Shown: positions 10,471 through 24,330 of the stretch, piece by piece
Layout: each line of letters begins with the position of its first letter
How positions within the stretch are numbered: position 1 is the first letter of the stretch
Origin: Sphyrna mokarran
Lineage: Eukaryota
Direction of reading: 5' to 3'
Assembly: GCA_024679065.1 (NCBI GenBank)
Contig: JAGIQG010000009.1
Location: forward strand, 99,882,001 to 99,946,000
DNA: 64,000 nucleotides
The notes under the pieces: model-generated
The model's input: the letters and a program-made list of their open reading frames with translations, nothing else
What the model was told of the DNA's origin: nothing
Database searches by the model: none
Translations under genes and position numbers: made by a program

Positions 10471-13129
10471 TTATAATGGTTAATCATGCATTGTGCTTTG
10501 TCTAAAATAGAATTGCTCCACGTATACCATCGTAGAAATTTGTTGTTCTGACCACAAACTAAATGGGATGGAAGTTATATGTTTATGTATCACATAATTG
10601 TGTTTGAGCCAGCGAGATGGTTTGATAATTAAGACCTTGAGGCGTTTCACAGGCTTCAGCTCTTAGTGTCGGATTAAGTTAAATACATGCAGCATTAATT
10701 TCAATAATATCTGTCATTATATATTTAATCCACGTGTGAAAATAATTTTATTTTATTTTTTCAAAAAAAACTGTAACAGAGATAGGGGATTACAGACATT
10801 GATTAATAAATGCACAACTATTACTGACGCAGGAATTAACCTGAAAAAACGATTAAAATATTTGATATCACGATTGGTGGGTTTACTGAATGGAGGAACG
10901 GTCGAATGAACTAAAACTTTACCCACATGAGTCCGAATTTCACGTTCCCCTGCTTAACGTGTTTCTTTATTGGATGTCGGGTGATGCATTTGGGGACGGG
11001 TTCGCCATTGGAGAGGGGCGTAAAGTAAAATGAGATTTTTACTCTGCATTCCTGCATCCCAATGATCCAATTGATTATCTTAAATATTCAATCATTGGTT
11101 ATTTAAAGTTTGTTTATACACTCATTTTTCAGACTTGTGGGAGCATATGACAACGCCCCTTATCACACAGATTATGAAACACCTTCAAGCACTACTTTTT
11201 CTATCCACTGTTAGATTGCCCATTTCCACTCTAAGTTTGGATCTTCTCCCCACTGAGCAACAAAGTCTTAACTGTAGCTAAATAAGGCACAATCGGAAAT
11301 GAAATTCCCCTAGATATATCTAATCTGCTGACTGTATTTACCTTCCAATTTTCCAATGTCTGGTCGGCAAAGCACACTATCCGACATATTCAGACCCTGT
11401 TATCAGGGACAGGGTTTGGGGTGGGGAGAAGGGTGGGGAGGTGGAATTTGCAACACATCGAAGTCTGCTGCAAGACAATCAGGTAAAAAGAACTTTCAGG
11501 AGTTAAGTGCGCTTTTTGTCTCACATGTTGATCCGGTGTTGACCAAATGTTAGTTTCACCAAGGCATATGGGTCAGAGCCAGACTCTTAGTTTAATTGCT
11601 TAGGGGCCGAGAGTTAGATGAGGTTTCACTTTTGGAGATATATTGTGCGGTCTACCTGAGATGGAACCAACGCCCTGCTATGTGTCAAACGGACCTGCCA
11701 TTTTTTTAGCTTCTCTGCAACCCATCAATATGGTTTCAAATTGTTTAAGTAATGCAAATTTTGACATTAAAAAAAGCTAGAATAATGCAGTCAAAGAATA
11801 TAAGATAACAACGAAATTCAATTCTAAAGCTTGAGGAAAGATTTGAATTGTGTTTGTGGAAAGCCTGTCGGAAAACACTCCGGAAAGATTTTGGAACACG
11901 ATAGCAATAGATTGAAACACAAATAATATGATGTAATTAATTTCAGATAGCACATCGTTACCTGATTTAAATCAAAACAAATATTTTTGCTTGTACTGTC
12001 CAGATAATTCTGGTCAACTGCTTGCAACGTTTCCAAATTAGTGCCTTCCCTCTTCTGAAATTTCCCATTGCAAGTTATGAATCTCATTGTTATTGAATAA
12101 CGGACGTGAGAGAATCGGGTTCTAGGTTAAAGGAGGATGTTCAGATCGAAAAGTAACATTATTATTCAACTTCATTTTAGAAGTCCTGCGTGCATAGACA
12201 AGACACATCGGAAAAAAAGGGAACAAACTAAACGTCTGAAACCTTTAACATCAGCGGATCATGCATTTACATTGACAAATACGTAATGTTTTGCTCTTCA
12301 AACGACAGTCACGAATGTAAATTACGAAATGTCCCTTCGAGTGACCTCAGTGGAAAGAAAAAAAAAACCGGGGTGCATTCTGAGTGGCAACTTTGGAATT
12401 GTCCGATTTGCATCCTTAGAAAAAGTTAAACTGATTGAACTGCTTGTGAATTGGGGATCAATGTTATTTGAACAGAAGAAATCAGTTCACATTTAACCAG
12501 AACAATACTATGGAGTAGACATTTTTCTTTCTTGCATTAGAACTGCGAGTGCAATATCGATCAATGACCAGTTGATATTTGTCGACATTAACTGCATTGG
12601 AAGGAAGCACAACCGATAATTTGGCAGTATGTTTCCGAAAAAAAAAGATTCTAGATGCATTTATTATTCATCAGATACAACTTAATAATCATTGTCATTA
12701 GAGAGGGTAACTGCAAACCTAACATACTACGGTTACAAGTAGTAACTATTCATTCTGTTCCGGATTGGCTCATCAAGATGAATAGCAGTCGGCCTTGGTA
12801 TTGACACTAACACATATGTAGAACATACAAAATAGACATATTCCATCGTGGTTAAATGCAAATTACATCATTTCGTGAATAGAAAAGCGATAAAATCGAA
12901 AAGCACCAGTCTGTGGTACGCTTTTTTATTTGTGTAGGGCCGGGAACATTTCCAGTTCTTAAGCCCAGTATGTGTGCAGCAAGTGTCTCCATCTGCAGCG
13001 TCTGCAAGCCCAGATTTCGGAGCTAGAAAGGCGGCTAGAAAATCTAGATATATCTGCAAAGCGGATAGTATAATGGATATCACTAGACAGATGTGGATAC
13101 ACCTCAGACTAAGATTCTCCAGGCAAGAA

Positions 13130-13270
13130 GGTAGTGAGAGAACACCAGGCAGAACAAGATGGCGAGATACGCAGGCACAATCCCCTGTTGTCATTCCACT
13201 GAAATCGGTCTTATTGTTTTGAATGCTGTTGAGGTGAACAGCCTTCCAGGAAATGTTGCCATTGCCAAAT
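13130..13270 (+). mobile_element. CR1 ORF1 fragment
   Basis: 'QAQSPVVIPL' resembles the CR1 ORF1 linker also seen near 60405-60440 (QKSSAVIPLSK). Confidence 0.4.
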
Positions 13271-13299
13271 GTGTTGAATTAAGTTGGGTTCGGATGAAA

Positions 13300-14080
13300 C
13301 CAAGAGGAGCTAAAGGTGTGAAAATGCAACACTTCAGTAGCAATAGTAGGAAGGTAGATTATTATTTCAATAAGTGTAAATTCAGAGAGGTTGACACTGA
13401 ACAAGGCCTTGCTGGCCTCCTGATCAATCGTTTAAAGTAAGCAAACAAGTACAGCAGCCAGTAAAGAAGGCAACTGGTATTTTAGTCTTCACAACCAGGG
13501 ACATTGAATGTAACGGATCATTCAGTGCAATTATACGCTGTGTTTTAAGGCCATGGGTGCAGTTTTGGCGTCCATATTTGAGGAAGGATGTTCTTGCTTT
13601 GGAGGCAGTGCAGCGAAGATTTACCAGGCTATTCCCTGGGATTGCAAGTCTGTCATACGTGGAACGACTAAGGATATTATGACTATTTTCATTGCAGTTT
13701 AGAAGAATCAGAAAGATACCATAACAAATTATACATTTCCAGCAGGCTTAGGCAGGGTGGATTCAAAAAGAATGCTCCCAGTGTTGGAGCAGTCCAGAAT
13801 TAGAGGTCATATTTGTGAATGAGCGGTATACCTTTTAGGACTGAGTTGTGGAGAACTTTCTTCAGCCAGACAGTGGTGAATTAGAAAAAAAAACATTCCG
13901 AACGAATGAAGCTGAGGCGACGAAAAAAAAAATGGAGATTTCAAAGATAAATTAGACACACTCTTAGAGCTGAGGAAGGCACCATCAGGATATTGAATTT
14001 GATGGTCAGCCATTAGCAAAATGAATGTCGGAGCAAGATCTATGCGAAGAATGGCCTACTCCTGAACTTAATTTCTATCC
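13300..14080 (+). mobile_element. CR1 ORF2 3' region and 3'UTR, degraded
   Basis: 'gtgcagttttggcgtccatatttgaggaaggatgttcttgctttggaggcagtgcagcgaagatttaccagg' (VQFW.PYLRKDVLALEAVQRRFTR); tail 'gaagaatggcctactcctg'. Confidence 0.85.
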
Positions 14081-17000
14081 CAACGGATATTTACAAGCAA
14101 AGCAGTTTGCGTCCTCGAGGCTGCCATTAACATGAAACGGAACTTTACTGTCCATTAAATACTATCAGGGCAAGACCAAATTAATTGCTAGGAAATAGCA
14201 CGTGGCTCATGCAAGTATGTTCAGCTCCTTCAATGTGCAAGTCAGGAGTCTGGTGAATACCGAAACATTCCCAACCATATCAACTACCAACCTAACTTGA
14301 AAAATTATTCTCGTTCCTTCACTACAATGCTGCAACTTTGCAACTTTTTTGTTTGCACTTGTATCGCATGGAGTGCAGCGCTTCATGAAGCAGTTCAAGG
14401 TCAACTTGGTAATGAAACTTGGACGCGAACAATGATATTTGACACGGACAACAACTCGCCAATCTCAAAAATAAATTTAAAATATGCAGCAACATAACAC
14501 TCCCTTTTCCCGTCTTTATTTGTGAAAATTAGCCACTTCAAATGATGGTATTACATTAGATTGGATATCAATGTTAGTCCCAGTTCAAACGTTGTTGCGG
14601 AACTATTTAATTTTGGTGTTCCCACCATCATAGCTGAAAGAGCACTGAGGCTGGAACAGACATGAGGATGCTATTGGTTTTCCACGTAAGTACTCCAATA
14701 AGCCAAGTGACTCCTAAGACTTTCTTACTGATGGACGGGAAACCGTCAGGTCATGTGTTGCTTTTAGCGCATCCGCATGCCGCCTCTAACCGAGTTCAAC
14801 TCAGAATATGTTTGTCCGAACCCGATGTCTGATAATGGATTCGTTTTCTTTCCAGGGACTGCCAATTGGTTAGTATGAAAGCGGTCTTGCGTCATCTCTG
14901 TCTCTTTTTTGCCGTCGTTCAATCAGAGTCAAAAGTTTATATAAACTAAATCACCCGCCAAATCTGTGGCCAATGCCTATATTGGTGGTAGGAAATAAAA
15001 TCCTGCATAATATGATACTTTGTGTGTTCCATTGCACTGGGAGCCTGCTTTTGCACATGGACTTGTGTAGATATGTCGACGTAAAGATGTGGGGTTATGT
15101 ATAAATACAAGTTGTCCATACTGACTGAATGCTTATATGTATTTATCTGAAACAGAGAAAACAGAACTGAAAGTTGATTCGTATGTAAAATGAAATACAA
15201 TCCATTTCATACTGTGGACGCAAATCTTGACTGCTTGATTCAAATAGGAAAGCAGTTAATGAATAATAACATACATACAAAAGAACAAATGTTTTATAGA
15301 ATCAGGGGAAACAATTCATAAAAGTCGTCAAATGATGCTCGTGACTAGAAAACAGTAGCGCATGTCTATGTAATTATTGCATTTTCGTCGTCACGCAAGT
15401 TCCTTACTGATAACATTCATGTTAAGTCTTCTGGCTTTTTAAAAAAACCAATTGGTGCTCTAAAGTTATTCAGCATAAGGCACAGAATGATTATAAAGTG
15501 TTTGGGAATTAAGCTATGTGCATTTAGCACAATGCAAAGCGTTGCACACAGGGCACATAGCGGTACATTACACACACAAAAAAAATCGCTCATTCTTGGT
15601 TTGCAAGTACAAAGCATAGATATTGCTATATTGCTGTTAAATACGCTACTGTCAAAGCTCGTTACATTGCAATTATTTGGAGAGATTGGCAAGAAGAAAA
15701 AAATGTAAAGATAACTATGAAAAGGCTATACTGCACGAAAAAAAAAATGAATGGCGGTTTTGAATGTGCTCAAGGTCCACCTGCTCAATTCGAACATGAA
15801 TATAAAATGACGCTTATCTATTCTCTGTTGCAGTATCAATGGCAATGGTTCCATCATTCTGTGTTTTAAATTCTGAGCATTCTAATATGGATATGGCAAT
15901 GCTCTCTGTTGTTTTGAAATACACACAATTAGAATATAAACTGAAATAACTTGGAGCAGACAATTCCAGCTGTTAGAAACTGGTTCAATAGATGAGTTAT
16001 TCGCCAAGAAATGCATTGGCTTCACTCTTTCTCTTCTCGTTCATCCTGAAATATACATCATTAAATGGAATTATGTCATTATACAGCAGTCAACTGTAAT
16101 CAATATTTTCTCAGCATCGACTTGTTTTGTTATTTTAAAAATGCAGAAATAAACGATGATGATAGCTCTCAAAATATTTTGTAGTAACTGAGCATATTAG
16201 TTCTGAGTCACCAAATATTTCATCAGGCTTCAGTTTTTTGTCTACACTAGTATAGTATTGCCACTAACTGCAATGTTTTGTTGATGCACTACAAGTTCAG
16301 GACAAAGTCTCTTTGTTCTCCAGTTCGAGAGAAATCATGCATTGATCACATTGGAAGCTCTTCAACATTGGTATATTATGTCCCTTATCTGGGAACATGA
16401 TTCCCAGGGATCTTGATACCAGCAGAAATATCAGGTCGTTATGCATTCATGAACATAAAACCGAAAGAACGTAGGTCATGGCAGAAATCAACTTCCCATG
16501 GAAAAAAGTCTTTATTTTTGTTATTATTTCTGAGTTGTATGATTCAGTTGGTTTAATATGGTGCCATATCTTTCCATCAATTACTGATTTTTCTAGGAGT
16601 GTTCGCCGGGTAGGAAGGAATAGTTATCTCCTGCCTTTGTTACCAATATATTGCAATGCTGGTAATGAAACATGGGATCCTTGTAACATTACGAATCTGG
16701 TTTGATTTTCGAAATTCGCATTTTTCCTAGCATTCATTGAAATTTTGAAAGTAGATCTGAAATAATTTAATCTGTTTCACCTTTATTAAAATTATTTCAA
16801 TTTTAATTTTCCTTTTCAACGTGAACCTAGCTATATGGAAGAAGCGTTCATGACCCCTTCATAGAAAAATTTAACTATGGATACTGAAACAAGTCCCCAA
16901 GGTTCAAATTGTTCGATAACTCTTCGATATGTCTTCCATAAAATGTCATCCATAAAACTCAGTATGGAATTAAATTGACATTCGATATCTTGACAGTGAA

Positions 17001-18379
17001 CTTTCATCTCAGTTGTATAAATATGCTTCCATGTTACTGTTGCAAATGCACTAATGGAAATAGTCTTAATTAGGAACATTAAATGGGGCAGAACTTGTCG
17101 TTAAACTGATGATATCGTGCCAGTTATTCTTTGCCTTCAAACATTCATTTCCATTGTATTAGCTGTGTAGGCGCATTAATATAATGAAGCGGGTCCACAA
17201 ACGAATATGCCGCTAATATTTACCATCCTTTAGCTACCAAAAGAAAATATTAAAATAAACCAAAGGACAATCAATATACCTCTCGGTGTGTAGAATTGGA
17301 GTTTGTAAACTATAATTTTGTGTACAGTTTCCACATTTCTACCTTTAACGATGTACTATTTAAGACAGAATGTCGAGGATTATACTGTCGCTATATAAAA
17401 TTTACTTTAGTCCAATCTGACAGTGTAACACATTCATGCAGAACAATTCAATGCTCTAAATTATTAGCCTTTTTTCAAAAATGAACGATAATTATCCAAC
17501 CTTTACAGTCCGTATATGGCGCCGGAGAATAATGTTAAAGCACGTTATCTTTTCAGATATTACTAAAATGAAATGAATATTCATTCATGCAGGTTTCTTA
17601 TGTTTGAAGTTTGAGCTGAAAATGTATCACTTCAAATTTGTTAGGACATCTTTTGGCTTTTAATCTGTATATGTAAGCAGCCGGAAAATGTAATTGTCTT
17701 CTTTAAATTCATAACTGATTGATTGCAACTTGTATTCCATTGGTTTGTATCTGTTCTGCATTCATGATGTCCGGACATTTAATTCCAAGATTTTGCATTT
17801 TTTTTAGCGATACACATTAGTGCATATAAAATGAAGGGAAGTCGTTTTACATGGGATAGAGGAAGGAAAACAACTTTGCTCATCAAATGAAATGACTTGG
17901 CCTGGAAAGCGTTTGAATAGTGCAGAAAATTAAAGTTCTCATGCTGGAAGGCCTGTTTAAGTAATGCAAACTATGTCAATTTATCTGTTCTGTCTTCTAA
18001 AGAAATCACAACTTTACTGTTTTAGTATAATGCCGCACTTTATTTACAGCAGTGAAATTATATCTTCAGGGTTTCTTTTATTCCATTGATGGATATCTAC
18101 TAAATTAATCTTCTCTGCTGTTGGGAGACCAGCTAATGTTTGCTGAACAATGAACTGACAGTGATTGCCTAACTTGATATATGATGTATTTTTACCATGA
18201 AAATACTGTGAGAAGATATATACTTCTTTATAAGTATCACGTGTTCTCTCTACGTTGCTTATCTGGCATTGGATGTAATGCTGTTTGATTTAGTTTAACA
18301 CAAATGTTATAAGAAAAAAATGAACCCTCGATCGTTCAGTCAAAGTTAGCTAAATAAAGAGAGATTTTATACCTCTGCA

Positions 18380-19260
18380 ACATGTCTCGCACTGTCCTTA
18401 GATCCATTGATATCTAATATCTGAAATTATATCCATCTCCGTCTTCAGCATGCAAAATAACTGAAAATCCATAGTCATCTGAGGTAGAAACTTTAAAGTC
18501 ATCCACGACCATGTGATGATGAAATTCATCCTCTTTGAATTCCTCGTCGCCTGCATCTAATTTTGCACAGAATTTCTAAGGATTAGATGACATCACACAG
18601 GCGGAGGGAATCATTCTTGCCGCATCTAAACTAAATTCATCTATAAATATTTTGCATGCTTATTATTCTTCTCATTCTTTTGAACTCTAGAGAGCATAAG
18701 TGCCACTTCCTCGATCACTGTTGAAATGACAATTCCGCCACTGGACCGTCTCTCGAAGAATCATTTCACTTCATGTCTACCAGGAGCTTCTGCCCTTAAT
18801 TAGGAAGAAGAAACATCACTCTATATTCCATTTTTGTTCTCACCAAGGCACTGTACGATACAGAGCGACTTATTTATCAATGCATTCAAATCCTTTCCAA
18901 AAACAATACTTTTGTCTTCCTAATTTCATTTATATGTTAGGTTTTAGTGATGTACAATAGGACCATGATGTCATTTTGTAAGTAAAAACTTGCTGATGTG
19001 TCATAATTTAAGAAAATTTCTGTTTCGTCTATGGCAGTATGCAACTTCACGCTTTCCATAATACATTCTGATTCTCATGTTCTTCACACTCATTTAGCAT
19101 GCCCATTTCCTCTCCATGTCCTCTTGCAACCTATTTACATACTTGCTTACATTATTTCGACCTCTGTATCAACAATAACTTAGAATATTGTTTTTTAAAC
19201 GCCAAATCCAGAATAGTATACGTTATATAGCTGGTGCAGCCAGTAATCTTTGTGACTCCC
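18380..19260 (-). mobile_element. Old CR1 3' fragment
   Basis: Degenerate resemblance to the CR1 3' region (ttagatccattgatatctaa; tattcttctcattcttttgaactctagag). Confidence 0.5.
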
Positions 19261-19334
19261 AGTTAGTTGCTTTGTCACTTCGTAAGACTGAACAATTTAT
19301 TGATACTTTCTGCTTTTTGTATGGAGACTGACTT

Positions 19335-21245
19335 TCACAGGATCATACAGAAAATAAATGGCCAATGGGGCCATGAGATTCGCAACAACACGTCGGAAAC
19401 AATTTCCATCCCACTTGATCCATTCACAAGCACCGGGCCCACAACTTTTAATGTTATGACGTGCCGAATGCTCAGCTTGATACTTTTCTAGGGATGTCAG
19501 GCAACTCACCTCTACCACCCTCACCGGCAGCACATTCCAGGCTGTCACCTACTTCTATTTATTTTAAGCATTCTGACCCGCACCTTGAGTCCTTAAACTC
19601 TAATGAGTGACCTTCAACCACGTGTAACAGCTGTTCTTTATCGACTGTGTTCAAGCCACTCAGAATCTTGTTCATCTCAATCCTGTGGCGCCCCAGATTT
19701 GTATGTTCCAACGAAAGACTATCAAACTTTCATGATAAGTTCACTGTTGCTCCCCGGATAGCATTCAGCTGAATACAATTTGCATCGCCTCCAGTACAAT
19801 GACAACATTGTTTTAATATGTGATCAGGATTGCACACAACACTCTTGCTGTGGCATCACCAAAATTCAATACAATTCCAAACTGACGTCGCTATTTCCGT
19901 AATCAACGTCTCAATTAATCAGGCAAATGACTTATATGATATTTTCATCATGTAACTAACATGCCCTTCTGTCTTTAGTGACTTTTCTACGAACAAGTTT
20001 TTTTTTTAATACAGAGTTTCCTAAAATGATGCCTTTCATTGATTATTTCCTTGTCAAATTACTCCTAATTTGTATCACCTGAGCCTTTTCAGCGTTAAAT
20101 TCTACCTACTACGTATGTGCCCATTGACCATCCGTCCATCGTCTATGTCTTATTGCAGCTGAAGTCACTTAGCCTCTCTGTGAAACAACTAGTCAACCAT
20201 GAAGTCACCTACTAACATTCTAATATAGCCGCTACCTCCAAATAGCCATCTATAATGTTTATATAAATGAATAATAAAATGGATTCTCTGCTGTATGCAA
20301 CTGAGCAATGATTTCCAGTTACCACGGCAGCCTTTTGTCATCAAACAGTATCTCCTACAACTGAGTTAAGTTTGAATCTACTTAATGAAATTACTCTGTA
20401 TCCCTTATGCATTTGCCTTGTTTAAAGGTCTGCCATGTCGGACGCCGTCTAATTGTTTGCGGAAATCCATGTAGACTACATCGACTGCACTATCTTCATC
20501 TAAATGTCTTGTTAATTCCTCAAAAAAAATCAAGTCGAATTGATCGGCGTACTCTTGTTCAGAAGAAGCAATTATGACCAACACTGATCAAGCATTTTCT
20601 CTGGATGTGGACAGAGATGCTTTCCTTTGGAATATATTTTCACAAATATTTTCTGTAACAGTGATGAGAGGTTCACTGTTCAGTACTTAGCTGATTTATC
20701 TTTACAACCCTTTCTAAACAGCAGGACCATAGCAGATGTCCTCCAGTTTTCTGATACTTTCTATTTTGTCAGAGAATTAATGATCTATATGAGATGATCC
20801 CGCCCTTGCCTCTCACATCATCCTGGCTCATAATTCATCTAGATATGAATTGTGTAGATTTGCCAACTTTTAAGTCAGGGCATCGAATATCTTTTCCTTC
20901 CAGGTTTTAGCAATTTGCAAATAAACCTCGCAGTCCGTCTCCCTCAATTGCATGCATCCATCCCCACCCTCTTGGGTGAAGATAGATCTGAAATTTTCGT
21001 TCAACTTTGTACCCATGTCCTCTCGGTCCACTCACATGTTCTCACCTTGGACCCAATTGTGCGCTACTCTTCCTCTGTTTCTCCACTTCCCATTGATATA
21101 CTGATAAACCATTTTGGAATTGTCTGTACTTTTAACAGCCACTGTTATCACATATGCACTATCTAACATTCATATTGTTTTCTTATCCTCCAATCTGCAC
21201 CTGCCGTTCATCACTAATTCCTCTCTAGATTTGTTCCCATTGTTT
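19335..21245 (-). mobile_element. Older CR1 (3'UTR through RT and upstream ORF2), interrupted by a younger CR1
   Basis: ORF 19297-19548 'AWNVLPVRVVE'; 'aaatccatgtagactacatcgactgc' (AVDVVYMDF on minus) at ~20463-20488. Confidence 0.8.
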
Positions 21246-21249
21246 TTTA

Positions 21250-22215
21250 GAGAACATAGAAAACATACAGGAAAACTATAGCACAAACAAGCCCTTCAGC
21301 CCACAAGTTGTGCCGAGCATGTCCGTACCTACTAGGCTTACTTATCCTCTATCGTACAATGCCCCATGTATTATCCAAAAGTCTCTTAAAAGACCCTATT
21401 GAATCCGCCTCCACCACCACTGCCGGCAGCCGATTCCACGCACCCACCATCCTCGGAGTGAAAAAAAAAATGCTCCTGACATCTCCTCTGTACCTATTCA
21501 CCAGCACACTAAACTTGTGTCTTCTTGTGACAGCCATTTCAGTCTTGGGAAAAAAACCACAGATAATCCAAAAGATCAATACCTCTCAACATCTTATACA
21601 CCTTTATCAGGTCATATTCTATCTCTCATCATTCTTCGTCTATCCACGGAGACAAGACCAAGCTCTTTCAACCTATCCTCATAAGGCAAACCATCTAATT
21701 CAGGCAACATCCTAGTAAATCTCCTCCGCACCCTTTCTATGACTTCCACATCCTTCCTGTAATGAGGCAACCAGAAGTTAGCACAGTATTCCACTTGGGG
21801 TCTGACCAGGGTCTTATACAGCTGCAACATTATCTCCCGACTCCTAAACTCAATTCCTCGATTGATGAAGGCTGGTACACCATATGCTTTCTTAACCAAA
21901 TCCTCTACCTGCGAAGCTGATTTGAGCTTCCTATCACTCTGGACCCCAAGATCCTCCTGATCTTCCACACTTCCAAGAGTCTTCCTCTTAATATTATATT
22001 CCTTCATCCCATTTGACCTGCCAAAATGAATCACCACACACTTAACTGGATTGAAGTCACCCTGCCACTTCTCAGCCCAGTCTTGCATCCTATCTATGTC
22101 TCGTTGCAACTTTGGACATCCCTTGCTCTGGCCACGACGCCTCCAAGCATTGTGTCATCGGCAAACTTCTCAACCCATTCCTTCACTTCCTCATCCAGGT
22201 CATTTATAAAAAAAA
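21250..22215 (-). mobile_element. Younger 5'-truncated CR1 LINE
   Basis: ORF 21612-22109 (LYKTLVRPQVEYC..FW.PHYRKD); 'tgtgtcatcggcaaacttct' = EKFADDT; 3' tail ttctatgttct at ~21252. Confidence 0.93.
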
Positions 22216-22219
22216 ACCT

Positions 22220-22600
22220 TCTCTTGATATCATGAATAAGTCTGGTTATTCAAGACTCTATAGGTGTGTAATGCTATAGAATACATTGGACTTGTATCTT
22301 CCTCTTTTTTATGTTTTCAACCTCCACCGACCCATACATACATTTTTTCCGTAGATTTAATTATTTGTAGCTGTTCCCAACCACCTTAGGCCGATTTTGC
22401 ATTAAGTTATGAAATATACTCTTCACTACTCCAAAGATATTTTTGCAACTCACTATTTCTTTGTTAAAAGCAAACTCATAATGCACTATGGTTATCATCA
22501 TATTGCTTCTCATCAACCTCCTGAAAAATATCGGATATCATTTGGGGCATTGTTCGGGTGAGACCAGAAATTCCCACTGTAGGCCGTTGGGGATTACCTT
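22220..22600 (-). mobile_element. Continuation of the older CR1 ORF2 (endonuclease-proximal part)
   Basis: 'gcactatggttatca' (SDH-like motif on minus) and overall degenerate similarity. Confidence 0.4.
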
Positions 22601-23329
22601 TGTTGAACCCTTGCCCTCTCAATTCTATGGTAGGGGAGACGATAGAATTCCATATTTGTTATCATTTTGAATCAAAATTAAGTGTAAAAAGTATTTTAAA
22701 AAATCATTTATTCTGGACATGCATTGCTCCTCATATGTAGCTGCAGAATATTGAAACGAAGTCTTAAGTAGAAATGACCCGAACCAGGCCACTAAATGAT
22801 ATCCGAGTTGATAAAGAAACAAGATTTATAAATGTATCGAGGAAGATTACAACGCAGAGTATTTTTGAGATACTTGGTTGAACGAGTACTATGAATAGGT
22901 AACCAACGAAATCTGCATTTTTTTTTTAGTTTTGGTCATGTGCATTAGCTAAGACTTCATAGTTAATGTTGGCATACAGAAAACGGTCATTGGTTTGTTG
23001 GTCACATTAATCATATCAGAGAAGTGAGTAGTACTTATAATATTACAGTCAAATTCTCAAAAAGGTGGTAAACATAGCCCAAGCCCTTTATTTTGAATAG
23101 CGAGAGAAATGCAGAAAATGTAAAATACCAGTAAGAACAATGTGATTGGAATTGTTTTGAAAATATAATGAAACGTGGAAACCATAGGCATTTCAATAAA
23201 ACGTTACTTAAAATACAGAGAAGAGTGGTTTGATGGAGGATTGCTGAATTTCGGGAGAAAAGAGACTCCAAACGATATTTCTTCTGCAAGAAACAAAATG
23301 TACGGTCTGGCTGGAAGTCTTTGGAAAAC

Positions 23330-24330
23330 ACCGAAGCCTACATGTGCAGAATGCTGGGTGGCCAGATCTGTTAGGGGGAGAGAAAAAAGCGTGGTTGACG
23401 TATAATATCTGGAAGTTATCAAAGGGCGGACAACGAGAAACTGGAGGAAGAGCTTGCTTTCAGTTTCGGAAAACACACGGTGAGCGGCACGCCCTTCTGC
23501 CGTAAGTTTTCAATAACTTACATGGTGCGTTCCTGTCCAAAGACAGATTGTGTCTGATATTTTTTGAAACAATGATCTTTTCCAGAAAGTTACAAAACGT
23601 CTTGCCAAAACATATCAGTACATGATTTCGCGTTAAGTGCACTTTTAATATCGTATGTTTGAATGAGTACAATGAATCGCCATCTAGGGAATCCTGCCCT
23701 CCCATAATATTTTCGGAGGAAGATTGATTAACTAAACAGAAGTAGAGATCATAGTCGAATCGTCCATTTCCGTGTGAGAAAACTACACCTTCCTGAAAAT
23801 CAGTTTGATCAAGTTGAATTTCGTTAACGTCAATTAAGGGGCCGAAAGTATGGTAGGTAAAGTTTTAGATAAAACAAAGATAGTAGGAAAGTGATTTTTT
23901 TCAAACAACATGAGGAATTTTCAAAGTGATTCAAAGTTTTAGGGAGTGAGTTTTACAATAGCGGAGAGGGCATAACAGACGAAAATAATCTGTTCTTTGA
24001 TGAGAGAGACGGGGAGGAGACACTTCAGGTAGAGAAAGATTTGGTTGTCCTCATGCTTAAAACACACACCCAAAAAATAGTTTATTTCCGTTTCCAGTCA
24101 GAGATTAAGAAGACAAGTTCTTCATTTGCATTTGTTCCGAAAGGCGGCCATTGCCCAACATAAGAGCGTTGCTGCAGTAGCACAACACGTGCGTGAAACG
24201 GTACCTGCAGTGTTATTCGTACTTTTGTTCCCTGCATCTGAGGAAAACAATTGCATTAAAATCAGTTCAAATTTGCATCACTGGACTCATTATTGAATGC
24301 AAAGTTATTTTTTTACTTTCACGCAGAGAG
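23330..24330 (+). mobile_element. Very degraded CR1 RT fragment
   Basis: 'gtggttgacgtataatatctgga' (VDV.YL), 'ggtaaagttttagataaaacaaagatagtagg' (KF.D.TKI), 'gagaaagatttggttgtcctc' (EKDL.VL). Confidence 0.55.
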
